DNA of 64,000 bases from contig CAWJIE010000003.1 of NCBI GenBank assembly GCA_963842885.1, positions 288,001 through 352,000 on the forward strand, in the 5' to 3' direction. Source of the stretch: an uncultured Nitrososphaerota archaeon (GTDB lineage Archaea; Thermoproteota; Nitrososphaeria; Conexivisphaerales; DTJL01). Under the pieces are notes generated by a model. It was not told the origin of the DNA and did not search any database. It worked only from the letters and a program-made list of their open reading frames with translations. The translations under genes were made by a program, and so were the position numbers. Of this stretch, positions 37,807 through 47,632 are shown one piece after another (positions within the stretch are counted from its first letter, which is position 1; every line of letters starts with the position of its first letter).

Positions 37807-38453
37807 TTAGCCTGAAGCGTTCGAAGGACTGCGTCCTTCTCCGCGGCGGTCAGCTCTCTGAAACCTTCCTTGTCGATGACCGCCACGTCGAACGAATCAC
37901 CGGAATACGTGTCCCTCTTCATTGCCGAAGTTACGCCCTTCACGGCAAGCTTGATGGTGTCGGCGACGGCCATCCCCTCCTTGTACTCGGCCTCCAGTAT
38001 CCCCAGCACGATCGGCGAGCCGCTGCCAGTAGACGTGTACTTCTCACTGGTGAGCGATCCGAAGTAGTCGACGTTGTACAGGGAGGGCCCTGTCTCGTCG
38101 AAGCCAGCCAGTATTATCTGGGCGATGAGGGGGTAGTACCTTTGGTTGAAGAAGATGTTCGCGATTAGGCGAGAGGCCGAGCTCACGGGTATGCGTTTTT
38201 CGTGATCCATCCTGTACATTGCCGCGTAGTACTTCGCGATGTCTATGACGTTCTGGGCGTCGGCCACCGAGCCTGCGATGGTCATCGCCAGATGCCGGTC
38301 GATCTGATGGAGCTTCTTGCCCTTGTGATGGGCTATGTAGTTGCCCATGGTCACTCGAGTGTCGGTGGCGACCACTACGGCTCCTTCGCAGACCATCCCA
38401 AGGGTGGTAGTCCCCGTCTTCGTGATATCCATCTTCTCCACATTCAAACCCAA
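37803..38453 (-). CDS. psmB: Proteasome subunit beta (catalytic type)
   Basis: KTGTTTLG propeptide junction, DTRVT, AGSVADAQ, TGSGS, RDTYSG. Confidence 0.93.
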   Translation of the reverse strand: MGLNVEKMDITKTGTTTLGMVCEGAVVVATDTRVTMGNYIAHHKGKKLHQIDRHLAMTIAGSVADAQNVIDIAKYYAAMYRMDHEKRIPVSSASRLIANIFFNQRYYPLIAQIILAGFDETGPSLYNVDYFGSLTSEKYTSTGSGSPIVLGILEAEYKEGMAVADTIKLAVKGVTSAMKRDTYSGDSFDVAVIDKEGFRELTAAEKDAVLRTLQAN

Positions 38454-38539
38454 AGTAGTTTCACCTATGCTCTGAAGCGAGCGGTAAAAGCACCACAGAC
38501 TTCGAGAGAGTGGTAAATAAGCTTTGCACATCTATTCAA

Positions 38540-38712
38540 GGCCAAGCCTGCCGTCGTGTTGGGTCTACAAACGCGGTCCCTGTCCGATGACATGGAGGCT
38601 GGAAGCTAGGCAGGTGAAGCCAAGAAGGGGAACCGGACGATGCTGCGGCTTACCTCAGAGTTGACGCCCCGAGTCATAGGGGCAGACGAGAACTGAAGAT
38701 CTGGCAGGGGCC
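38540..38712 (+). ncRNA. Candidate structured ncRNA (~170 nt)
   Basis: No convincing ORF; TATA-like TAAATAA about 25 nt upstream; several nested helices and complementary ends (see findings). Confidence 0.4.
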
Positions 38713-38762
38713 ACGTCCGTCACCGATGAAGCTTTATCAGATGTAGTGACGTGGCATGGGCC

Positions 38763-39819
38763 GTGTCCAACGGCAAGACATCTGATGGAGCTTCCATCGG
38801 TGGTGTTGGCAGGTCGGGACGTCCTGGATGAGACGGGCGAGCTGATCAGGGGCCAAGGCCTGGCCGGAAACGTCGTCATAGCCTCGGGGCCCAATGTCTG
38901 GGCCAACCTCGGCAGGAGATTCATGGGCAGCCTCGAGAGGGCGGGCTTCAGCAGCGCCTGGGTCCAGGTGGCTGCGCCTGACATGGCCTCCGTGGAGATG
39001 GTGGAGGAAGAGGTGGCAAGGAGTGGCGCCAAGATAGTCATCGGAATAGGGGGAGGGAAGTCCATCGACGTCGCCAAGCTGGCTTCCTTCCGCAAGAAGG
39101 CCCATATGATAAGCGTCCCGACCAGCGCGTCGCACGATGGCATGTCGAGCCCGTTCGCCTCCATCCGAGGGTTCGGAGGATCCTATTCCGCCGTGACGAA
39201 GCCTCCGTTTGCCATCGTCGCCGACATCGGGGTCATCTTGGGTGCTCCCCCTCGTACTTTCAACGGTGGCGTGGGCGACCTCCTTGCCAAGCTGACGGCG
39301 GTCAAGGACTGGCAGCTGGCCCGGGACGACAAGAACGAGTACTACGGAACGTATGCCGCGAACCTTGCCAAGATGAGCGGCATCATGGTGGAGGAGGAAG
39401 CCGCTAACATTGGGAGCAGGAACGAGGAAGGAGTAAGGGGATTGGTGGAGGCCCTGATCAGCGCCGGCGTGGCGGCGGGGATTGCAGGAAGCAGTCGGCC
39501 CTGCAGCGGAGCCGAGCACCTGTTCAGCCATGCGCTAGATAGGATAGCCCCCGGGAAGGGGCTCCACGGCGAGAAGACGGGTCTTGGGGCCATAATGATG
39601 GCCCGTCTCCATGGACTGGACTGGGAGAGGATTAGGAGGTCGCTTTTGGAGGCAGGCGCACCGGCAGCGGCGAGGGACTTGGGCCTGAGTGATGGGGAGG
39701 TAGTCGAGGGTATCCTGGCCGCGCCGAGCGTTCGGCCGGAACGCTATACCATCCTGCACAAGCTCAAGCTGGACTCTGGTCAGGCAAGGGCCTTGGCAAC
39801 GGAAACGGGCGTAATCTAG
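38763..39819 (+). CDS. egsA: Glycerol-1-phosphate dehydrogenase (start approximate)
   Basis: GGGKSIDVAK, PTSASHDG, GSSRPCSGAEHLFSHALD, LHGE, RYTIL. Confidence 0.95.
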
Positions 39820-40578
39820 GCAGTGAGGCTTCTCTTCGGGGGCAGCCTCAGGCTTGGCTTCGGCCGGCTTGGCCTCCTCCTTGGGCTTCGCAGCAGCCGG
39901 CGCCTTGTACTCCTCCGAGTAGGTCAGTGAAGTGACGGACTTCACGTACTTGAAGACGTCGTTAGAGGCGGCCCTCTTTATGAACTGGAGACCGTCGAGA
40001 TAGAAGACCTCTTCGGGAAGCAGGACCGTGGCTGTGCCCTTCTCCGCGTCCAGCGATAGGTTCAGCTTGTCCTCGCCAATGGGCAGCCTTCTGAGCAGGA
40101 GGGCCTTTGCGATGTCGCCGGGCTCAGTGACCGTCTTCACGACTTCAAGGTCGTAAATCAGGTTCTTGCCGGCAAGACGGTGGTTGAAGTCCACCTGCAC
40201 TCGGCCGGAACCTATGTACCTTACGAGACCGACCTTCCCTTCGACCTCCACCTCGGCGCCGATGGCGAGCTCGTGGGCCTTCTCTCCGAACTTCTTCTCA
40301 GGAATGAGCTTGATCTTAGAGGGATCCCTTTCTCCAAAGCCCTTGTCCGGGGTGATTTCAACGTTCAGCTTGTCGCCCACGTTCGCCTTGAGCAGCGCGT
40401 CGTCCAATCCTTTGAGCACCCAGCCTTCGCCCACGCACACCAGATTCGGAGTGTACCTGGCGACGGGGTCGAAGACGCCCAAGCTCTTCGCGTCCTCTGC
40501 ACGGGTGGCTTCCAAGACCTCGCCCGTGTCCTTGACCTTGGCGACATAGTTGATGTATGCCAGCGTCCCGCTTTCCAT
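39816..40578 (-). CDS. FKBP-type peptidyl-prolyl isomerase (long archaeal type); 3' end approximate
   Basis: VGEGWVLKGLD...PDKGFGERD...VDFNHRLAGK; own TATA-like upstream element near 40615. Confidence 0.9.
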
Positions 40579-40637
40579 GACTAATCCTACCAGCATTAAG
40601 ACCCTAGGAGAGAAGTATAAAAGAATTAAGCGATGAA

Positions 40638-41811
40638 TCAGGCTGGAATGGCCTTGAGCCGCTCCTCCGCCGCCTTCAACATCAACGCGATGTCGACGCG
40701 ATATCCCGTGAAGTTCAGGGCTCCGCCGATGGCGCCCACCGTAGTCACCACATGCCATCCTGTCCACTTCACCCATGTTCCCTATCCTGAAGATCTTGCC
40801 CTTGAGCTCGCCAAAGCCTCCGGCGACGACGACGCCGAAGTCGTTCTCGAGCGACTCGCGGAATGACTTGTCATCAAGACCATCAGGATACCTGATGGAG
40901 ACGACGACGTTGGATCGGACATGGGGCTTGACGAAGGGCTGAAGTCCGATGCCGCTGAGGGATTCGTAGAAGGAAGAGGCTGTGGCCTTGTGGCGGGCTA
41001 TCCTCCTGTCCATCCCCTCCTCCATCACCATCTTGAGTGCTTCGTCAAGGGCGTAGAACAGAGGGAGGGCAGGCGTGAACGGGGTCTCCGCCTTCGCTCC
41101 GAACTCCGCGTACTTTGCGAGGTTGAAGTATGTGCTCAAAGGAGGGCTCGCCGCCAGTAGCTTCTTGACCTGCTCGTTGAAAGATATCAGCGCCAGTCCG
41201 GGCGGCGCCGCCAGACACTTCTGGCTGGCCGTGACGACCATGTCGATGCCCCATTTGTCTTGCGGGAGCTCGTCGCCCCCCAGGATCGAAACGGCGTCGC
41301 AAACACAGAGGGCGCCGAAGGCCTTCGCCACGTCCGAGGCCTCCTTCATCCACCTGTATGTAGTCCCAGGGGAGGTGTCGTTGTACACGACAAAGACCGC
41401 CTTCACCTTGCCTGCCTTCTTGGCCGCATCAGCCAACTGGTCAGGGCGCGGCGCATCCCCGAAAGGGGCGTTGACCCTGATGGCATGACCTCCAGCTTGG
41501 TCGATAGAGTCGGCAAGGCGCTGACTGAACTCTCCGAACACAGGGACCAGCACGTTGTCCCCATGCCTCACCACGTTCATGACGGCGGCTTCCACGCCGC
41601 CAGTTCCCGAACACGAGAGAACGGCCATGTCGGCTGAGGTGCCGAAAACGGACTTGGCGTTGGTGATTATGTTCTTCATGAGCGGATGGAAGCTCTCGCC
41701 CCTGTGGTTGATGACGGCCTTGACCATGGCGTCCATAACCCTGTCGGAGACGTTGGTCGGGCCGGGTAGCATTATGAGCTTGCGTTGCGGGTAGTAACCC
41801 ACGCTAGACAC
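40638..41811 (-). CDS. Class V aminotransferase (serine-pyruvate/alanine-glyoxylate family); frameshift near 40755
   Basis: MLPGPT, SGTGGVEA, DAVS, SQKCLAAPPGL, TPFTP, FRIGNMG. Confidence 0.9.
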
Positions 41812-41836
41812 CGTTAGTGGTAGGAAAGCATGTTAT

Positions 41837-42373
41837 CTAAACCCTTTTGCCATTAGCGGAGTCTTGCTGAGCGAAGAGCTCCCTGATGCGTTCGGCCCCC
41901 TTCATCTCCTTGAGGTAGCGGGCCACCTCCTTTGGCACCAGATGCTCCCACTTCTTCCCGGAAGCTATCCTGTGGCGGATCTCAGTCGCCACAAGCTCCT
42001 CCCTTCGCAGGAGGGGGACCTCCTCCACGGGGATGCCGTTCTCCTTGCAGAGCCGTATGCTCAGGGAGTCGTTTGAGAGCGCGAGATCGAACCTCGGCGT
42101 GAGGGACTTCAAGAGAGGCACCCACAGAGAATGGTTCTCCACATCGGGGAGCTCGGCGAACATCACTTTGCCAAGGAGCCCCCTGCCGTGCAGGACGGTC
42201 GCGATCATCTCCATACGCTCTCCGGCGGTGAAGGGGTTCCTGAACTCGTGGCTCCTCTGCGAGCTTCCGATGACCAGTACAAGCCTGTCGGCGCGATCGA
42301 GGCCGTATTCGATGGCACGCAGATGGCCCAAGTGGAATGGCTGGAACCTGCCGATGAGGAGTGCTACTTTCAA
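41837..42373 (-). CDS. nadM: Nicotinamide-nucleotide adenylyltransferase
   Basis: GRFQPFHLGH, GSSQ, NPFTAGER, ATEIR, WEHLVP. Confidence 0.93.
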   Translation of the reverse strand: MKVALLIGRFQPFHLGHLRAIEYGLDRADRLVLVIGSSQRSHEFRNPFTAGERMEMIATVLHGRGLLGKVMFAELPDVENHSLWVPLLKSLTPRFDLALSNDSLSIRLCKENGIPVEEVPLLRREELVATEIRHRIASGKKWEHLVPKEVARYLKEMKGAERIRELFAQQDSANGKRV

Positions 42374-42469
42374 TGGTGGCCGAGGTATGGCTACCGCCTG
42401 CCAATCTTAAAAAGTAACCTACATGAATACCGACTTCGAGAGGACGTCTGGCTGAGGCCTTGTGACTTG

Positions 42470-43498
42470 ATGAGAATTGATGGAAGCCGCGGTGAAGGAG
42501 GGGGGCAGATACTCCGGACCTCCCTCATTTTCTCGCTTGTGCAGGGAAGGGAGGTTGAGGTTTACAACATCAGGGCGAAGAGGGATAACCCCGGGCTTCG
42601 ACCTCAACATCTGGCCGTCGTCAATGCTTTCGCCTCCGCGACGGGGGGCCTTGTGGAGAACGCCAAGGTCGGCTCTGACCGAATCAGGTTCTCACCGGCT
42701 TCGAGCGTCGCCGACTCTCTTGAAATAGACGTGGGCACCGCCGGCAGCGTAACGCTCATCCTTCAGACGTTGCTCTCCGCCATCTCTCTAAAGGGTATGG
42801 AATGCAACCTGCGAGTGAGAGGTGGCACCGACACTAGGTGGAGCCCCACATATGATTACTTCCAGAAGGTCTACGAGCCAGCGGCGTCGGTCCTTGGCGT
42901 CAAGATCGAATCCACCTTGAAGAGACGGGGATTCTATCCCGCTGGCGGAGGCGTCGTGGAGGGTCAGTGCCGGCCTGCCGGGCCACCATCCTTCGTCAAG
43001 TTCGAGACGCATCCTGCGCTTAATGGGGTCGCAGTCTCCAGCGTCTGCGCGAATCTCCCAAGGTCGGTGGCGGCTCGGCAGGCGGACTCGGCGGTGGCCT
43101 GTCTGACAAAGGCAGGGGCCCATGTGGAGGATGTCAGAGTCGACGAGCAGGATGCAGACTCCCCGGGTACCTCCATCTTGGTGCACCATCGAGAAGGGGA
43201 CGCGGTCTTCCTGGGGGGTGACGCGGTTGGCGAAAGGGGCGTCAGGGCTGAGGACGTCGGCGCATCTGCGGCGTCGGACTTCCTCGCCTCCAGATCGAAA
43301 GGGGCTTCGGTGGATCATCACCTGGCCGACATGCTCGTTCCGCTGATGGCCCTGCAAGGAGGGGGAGAGATGCTCACTGACGAAGACACCCAACACCTGA
43401 GGACGAACCTCGAGGTGGCGGCCGCCTTCACGGGCTGCCTCTACGACATAGCAAAGGAGGGGGCCCTCTGCAGGGTGAGAGTGCTCAAACGAGTGTGA
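42470..43498 (+). CDS. rtcA: RNA 3'-terminal phosphate cyclase
   Basis: IDGSRGEGGGQILRT, PGLRPQH, GGTD, GFYPAGGG, VDHHLADML, HLRTN. Confidence 0.95.
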   Translation: MRIDGSRGEGGGQILRTSLIFSLVQGREVEVYNIRAKRDNPGLRPQHLAVVNAFASATGGLVENAKVGSDRIRFSPASSVADSLEIDVGTAGSVTLILQTLLSAISLKGMECNLRVRGGTDTRWSPTYDYFQKVYEPAASVLGVKIESTLKRRGFYPAGGGVVEGQCRPAGPPSFVKFETHPALNGVAVSSVCANLPRSVAARQADSAVACLTKAGAHVEDVRVDEQDADSPGTSILVHHREGDAVFLGGDAVGERGVRAEDVGASAASDFLASRSKGASVDHHLADMLVPLMALQGGGEMLTDEDTQHLRTNLEVAAAFTGCLYDIAKEGALCRVRVLKRV

Positions 43499-43560
43499 GA
43501 AGGCCCCTTGAGTCGAATGTCGATAACCCTTTTATTCATGCCACTTTCAAGAAATCGCAA

Positions 43561-44157
43561 ATGTCTGAATTCATGATTCCTGGGGCTACGGCCGTGGGCA
43601 TTGTCTTCGATGACGGTGTAGTCCTCGCGGCCGAGAAGAGGTTCACTTATGGCAACTTCATCATGAGCAAGACGGGGAAGAAGGTCTTCATGCTCAACTC
43701 CAACACGGGAGCGGCGTTCGCAGGGATGATCGGCGACATGCAGGTCCTCGCAAGGAACATGCAGTCGATCATCAAGATGAGGGAGATGGAGATCCGTAGG
43801 AAGATGACCCCCAATTCGGTCGCCAAGCTGATGTCTGTGGTCATGTACAACCGGAAGATGGCTCCTTTCCTGAATCAGGTCATCCTAGCCGGAGTAGACG
43901 TAACGCCATCGATTTACATCCTGGATGCGTTAGGGTCCGTCATCCCGGACAAATACGCCGTCATAGGCTCGGGGACGGAGATCGCCATCGGCGTGGTCGA
44001 ATCCGAGTTTGTGGATGGAATGGACGAGGAGAAGGCCAAGCAGCTCGCCATCAAGTCGATCAAGGCCGCAAGCCAGAGGGACGCGGCGAGCGGGGACGGC
44101 ATCGACCTGATGGTCATATCAAAGGGCGGAATCAAGGAAGAGAAAGTGGCCTTCTGA
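43561..44157 (+). CDS. psmB: Proteasome subunit beta (second paralogue, likely non-catalytic GATAVG)
   Basis: PGATAVGI, AAEKR, GSG, RDAASGDGID. Confidence 0.9.
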   Translation: MSEFMIPGATAVGIVFDDGVVLAAEKRFTYGNFIMSKTGKKVFMLNSNTGAAFAGMIGDMQVLARNMQSIIKMREMEIRRKMTPNSVAKLMSVVMYNRKMAPFLNQVILAGVDVTPSIYILDALGSVIPDKYAVIGSGTEIAIGVVESEFVDGMDEEKAKQLAIKSIKAASQRDAASGDGIDLMVISKGGIKEEKVAF

Positions 44158-44180
44158 CAGGCCGAAGCTGCTGATGGCTC

Positions 44181-44828
44181 TTGAAGAAGGTTGATTCGCT
44201 GAACAAGGTACTGGGCTCACTTGCTTCGTCATCGAGGAGCCTCGAAGGTGCCGTGGCCAGGCGCGAGAAGATCCTCAAGGGCTCGCGTGACGTCGTGGCC
44301 GACTGCTCCAAGGCGATAATAGGCATCCACACGGGCGACAGGGAGGCCGCCAGGGCCCTGATCCTGAAGGCGAGACAAGGTCTGAAGGAGCTACGGGAGG
44401 CCTCCCAGGGAGAGATGGATAAGTACCTGACGTCTCCAGAGACGGAGTACGTCGAGGCCGAGGCCCTCCTTGCGTTGGTCGGGCACAAAGCCATGCCGTC
44501 GGCCGAGGAGCTCGGCGTTCTGCCTGGATCTTACATCCTAGGCCTTCTGGACGTGATAGGCGAAGCGAAGAGAAGGCTCTTCGACTGCATCAGGCAGGGC
44601 GAACTCGACGAAGCAGAACACCTCTTCAAGGTCATGGAGACGCTGTACGTCTCCATCAAGCCCCTGGCGGTATACGACAACATCGTCCCCGGGCTAAGGC
44701 GCAAGCTGGACGTAGACAGGTCCATTCTGGAAGACACGAGAAGCATGATGACGGAGGAGACGAGACGGACCAAACTCCTTAAGATGATGCGCTCGCTCGA
44801 AAGGAAGATGGATGCCTCGAAAGAGTAG
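44181..44828 (+). CDS. Translin-family protein
   Basis: REKILKGSR...EYVEAE...YILGLLDVIGEAKR...LRRKLDV. Confidence 0.82.
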   Translation: MKKVDSLNKVLGSLASSSRSLEGAVARREKILKGSRDVVADCSKAIIGIHTGDREAARALILKARQGLKELREASQGEMDKYLTSPETEYVEAEALLALVGHKAMPSAEELGVLPGSYILGLLDVIGEAKRRLFDCIRQGELDEAEHLFKVMETLYVSIKPLAVYDNIVPGLRRKLDVDRSILEDTRSMMTEETRRTKLLKMMRSLERKMDASKE

Positions 44829-45475
44829 GCCCGCCTTCAGAGACTTCTTCCCGTACGCCACCTTGGTACAGAGGGAGCTGGCACGGCTCTACCTCCCTTC
44901 AGGCATCAAGGCCGAAGAAGCCAGAGACGACCGTGGCACTGGACGTGTCCTATTCCAAGGAGAAGGCGTTCGCGGCGGCCGTCGTCTGCCAGGCAGAAGG
45001 AGAGAAGGTCGTAGAGGTGCAGACGGGCGTCTTCGGCGTTCACTTCCCGTACATCCCTGGATACCTCTACATTAGAGAGGCCCCTTCCCTGTTGAGGATC
45101 CTCGCCCAGGTCGAGTCGGACTACGACCTTCTCCTGGTGGACGCGCATGGGAGGCTGCATCCCAGGAAGGCGGGCCTCGCCACCATCGTGGGGGTCCTGA
45201 TGGAAAAGCCGACGGTGGGCGTGGCCAAGAGCTTGCTGACAGGGGAGATAAGGGGGATCGGGCGGGCGCGGCCCGTGTACCTCCACGGAGAAGTGGAGGG
45301 GCTGTGCCTGAAGGACGGGAGGACATTCTACGCGAGCCCGGGAAACATGATGTCCATTGAAGAGATAGAGAAGTGGCTGAGGGGCAGAGATTACGCGTAT
45401 CCCAGGGAGCTGGTCCGGGCCGACGCCCTCTCCAAGGAGCTCAGAGTGACTTCAGAAGCTGGGGGTCCCTCTTGA
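44812..45475 (+). CDS. nfi: Endonuclease V; frameshift near 44900
   Basis: ALDVSY, FPYIPGYLYIRE, LVDAHGRLHPR, GVAKSLL, SPG. Confidence 0.9.
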
Positions 45476-46082
45476 GGTTCGTGCTCTTGAGGCTTGGCAA
45501 TGGGCTGTCGAGCCTGGTCACGATGAATTTCAGGCCTTTCGCGCTCCCCTGAGCCAAGAACGTCGCCTCGCGGTGGGTCTGGTCGTAGCCCAGGGCTATG
45601 ATGTCGGGCCTTATCAGCTCCACCGTCTCGAAGATGTCCTTTTCGCTCCCAAGGATGGCCGCATCGACGAAACGCAGGCTCCTCACCAGGTTGAGACGGG
45701 TCTCCTCCGTGTTCACGGCGGGCTTCCCCCTCATGCTCAGGACCGTCTTGTCCCTAGCCACCGAAACTACCAGCATGTCCCCCAAGGCCCTGGCCTTCGA
45801 CAAGGTGTAGATGTGGCCTGGGTGCAGGATGTCGAAGACGCCTCCAGCCATGACTACCTTTAGGCTGCTCCGTCCGTCCAGGGTGAGCATGAAGCGATCG
45901 TGGTCAGAGATGGACACGAGCCCGCTCCTGACGGCCTCTTCGATAAGGGCGTCGCCCAACTCGGGGCCTAACCCCAGGCTCAGTAGGATGCTTTGATGTG
46001 TCCATTCACCTTCCAGTGTGAGGGAGAGCAGGGTCGTGAGGAACTTCTTCTTTACGGCGTCGCTCTTGAACAACTCAGTCAT
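45441..46082 (-). CDS. ribL: FAD synthase-like cytidyltransferase with N-terminal wHTH-like extension
   Basis: GGVFDILHPGH, VARD, PDIIALGYDQ, KST. Confidence 0.8.
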   Translation of the reverse strand: MTELFKSDAVKKKFLTTLLSLTLEGEWTHQSILLSLGLGPELGDALIEEAVRSGLVSISDHDRFMLTLDGRSSLKVVMAGGVFDILHPGHIYTLSKARALGDMLVVSVARDKTVLSMRGKPAVNTEETRLNLVRSLRFVDAAILGSEKDIFETVELIRPDIIALGYDQTHREATFLAQGSAKGLKFIVTRLDSPLPSLKSTNLKRDPQLLKSL

Positions 46083-46117
46083 GACAAGCAGCCGCTCCCC
46101 ACAGCAGCGCGCCTATC

Positions 46118-46567
46118 CTAGCTCTGCACTACCTGACGAAGTTCCTTGTCGGCAATGATGGACGGATGATGGGTGTCCACCAGGACAGCCTCGAACCATC
46201 GGTAACGGCCATCCTCCATCAGGAAGTAGGATCCGAGCACCTTCATGTTGGGGTACCTGTCGACAACCCTGGTGGCAACGACGCCGGCCTCGGGAAGCTG
46301 CCCCTTGATCCTCAGGACGCCCAAATGCTTGGGCCTTCTTCCGGCAACGGGTCTCTTGATCCTAATCCCGCCTCTTGATATCCTGACCCTAACAACGATG
46401 AAGCCTTGCTTGGCCTTGTATCCGACCTTCCTTGCCCTGTCGAGGCGCGTGGGATGGGCCAGACGCACGACGCGTGGACCCCTCCTCCACGAAACGAGAC
46501 GGCCCTTGATGTTGGGGTCCTTCTCTCTGAGTGCGGTCTGCCAAGTCTCTGCAACGTACTTGTACAT
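46118..46567 (-). CDS. rpl15e: 50S ribosomal protein L15e
   Basis: WRRGP...PTRLDRAR..GYKAKQG...GRRPK...YPNM..LGSY...DG.YRWFE. Confidence 0.95.
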   Translation of the reverse strand: MYKYVAETWQTALREKDPNIKGRLVSWRRGPRVVRLAHPTRLDRARKVGYKAKQGFIVVRVRISRGGIRIKRPVAGRRPKHLGVLRIKGQLPEAGVVATRVVDRYPNMKVLGSYFLMEDGRYRWFEAVLVDTHHPSIIADKELRQVVQS

Positions 46568-46663
46568 CGACGCTTCAGCTGAGCCTCCACTTTCCTTCAC
46601 TTAAAGCTTTTACCCCAAGAAGCGCACAGTTCGCTCGTCTCAACTGCGCTGGTCTTTCATAAT

Positions 46664-47602
46664 TCAGCCGAGCTTGGAAAGGTGGTCTAGCACCTTCTGC
46701 GCCACGATCGTAGCAGCCGAGGCCTGGGCCTCAAACGTCTGTCCGCCAATGTGGGGGGTGAAGACGACGTTGTCTAGTGAGAGGAGCTCGCTGCCGAGGG
46801 GCGGCTCTATGGCAAAGACATCTAACGCCGCGCCCTTAATGGAGCCGCTTTTCAGGGCGTTTACAATTGCGTTTTCATCCAACACTTCGCCCCTCGACGT
46901 GTTCACGATAAAGGAGGTGCTCTTCATCTTCGCCAACCGCTCTGCGCCTATGAAGCCTCGCATTGCGGCCCCACCAGGGAGGTGCAAGGAGATGAAATCG
47001 GATGCGGAGAGCAGTTCGTCAAGCTCAACCATCTTGGCGCCCAGGGCGTCCAATGTCAGCTGGTCGGGTCGGACGACGTCGTACGCCAAGATGTTAACAT
47101 GAAAAGGCTTAAGCAACTCGGCTAGGCGTCGGCCGATGCGGCCGAAGCCCACGATGCCCACCGTCTTCCCGGAGATTTCGGTCCCCATGAGAGACTCCTT
47201 GATCCAAACGCCGTTCTTGAGACTATGATGCCCCGCTCCCACCCCGCGCGCCGCCGCGATCATCAGACCAAGAGCCAGCTCGGCGACCGCGTTCGTCAGA
47301 GATTCGGGGGAGTTGTAGACGGCGATCCCTCGCTGCTTGGCAGCGTCGACGTCGATGTTGTCGAGGCCCACGCCGGCACGGCCAATCACCTTCAGCTTGG
47401 CAGCCTTCTGGATGACGTCACCCCTTATCTTGGTCCTGCTTCGGACCACGACTGCGTCGAACTCATCGATAACGGCGAGAAGCTCCTCAGGGGTTATTTT
47501 GGGCCGATAGTCGACCTCTAATCCGCCATCTCTGAGAAGTTTCAAACCCCGCTCGTCGATGTGGTCACAGACCAGAACCTTGTACGTGGTGGCCAACTCC
47601 AT
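46664..47602 (-). CDS. serA: D-3-phosphoglycerate dehydrogenase / D-2-hydroxyacid dehydrogenase
   Basis: [39 protein letters not shown]. Confidence 0.85.
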   Translation of the reverse strand: MELATTYKVLVCDHIDERGLKLLRDGGLEVDYRPKITPEELLAVIDEFDAVVVRSRTKIRGDVIQKAAKLKVIGRAGVGLDNIDVDAAKQRGIAVYNSPESLTNAVAELALGLMIAAARGVGAGHHSLKNGVWIKESLMGTEISGKTVGIVGFGRIGRRLAELLKPFHVNILAYDVVRPDQLTLDALGAKMVELDELLSASDFISLHLPGGAAMRGFIGAERLAKMKSTSFIVNTSRGEVLDENAIVNALKSGSIKGAALDVFAIEPPLGSELLSLDNVVFTPHIGGQTFEAQASAATIVAQKVLDHLSKLG

Positions 47603-47632
47603 CGCCCAGATGATTGTGCGTCCGTCTTTGAT

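Noticed and set aside
38540-38712. SRP RNA, RNase P RNA, hammerhead ribozyme or cobalamin/SAM riboswitch identity
   Set aside because: Only isolated partial motifs (GGCTTA, CTGAAGA, AAGGGGAACCGG) are present; the required partner motifs and lengths are missing
39535-41811. 758-aa aminotransferase-FKBP fusion ORF
   Set aside because: Artefact of a frameshift near 40755; the alternate frame gives a normal aminotransferase C-terminus and stop at 40638, and the FKBP gene has its own upstream TATA-like element
323-45475. Frameshifts in rpoD, rps11, rps13, rpl30, udp, tatA, rpiA, aminotransferase, FKBP, nfi and others as pseudogenes or programmed frameshifting
   Set aside because: They hit essential genes at scattered single-base positions without a shared slippery motif; assembly indel errors are far more likely
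46118-46567. Short L15e as a truncated gene
   Set aside because: All core motifs are present, and a C-terminally shorter L15e is, to my recollection, normal for this phylum
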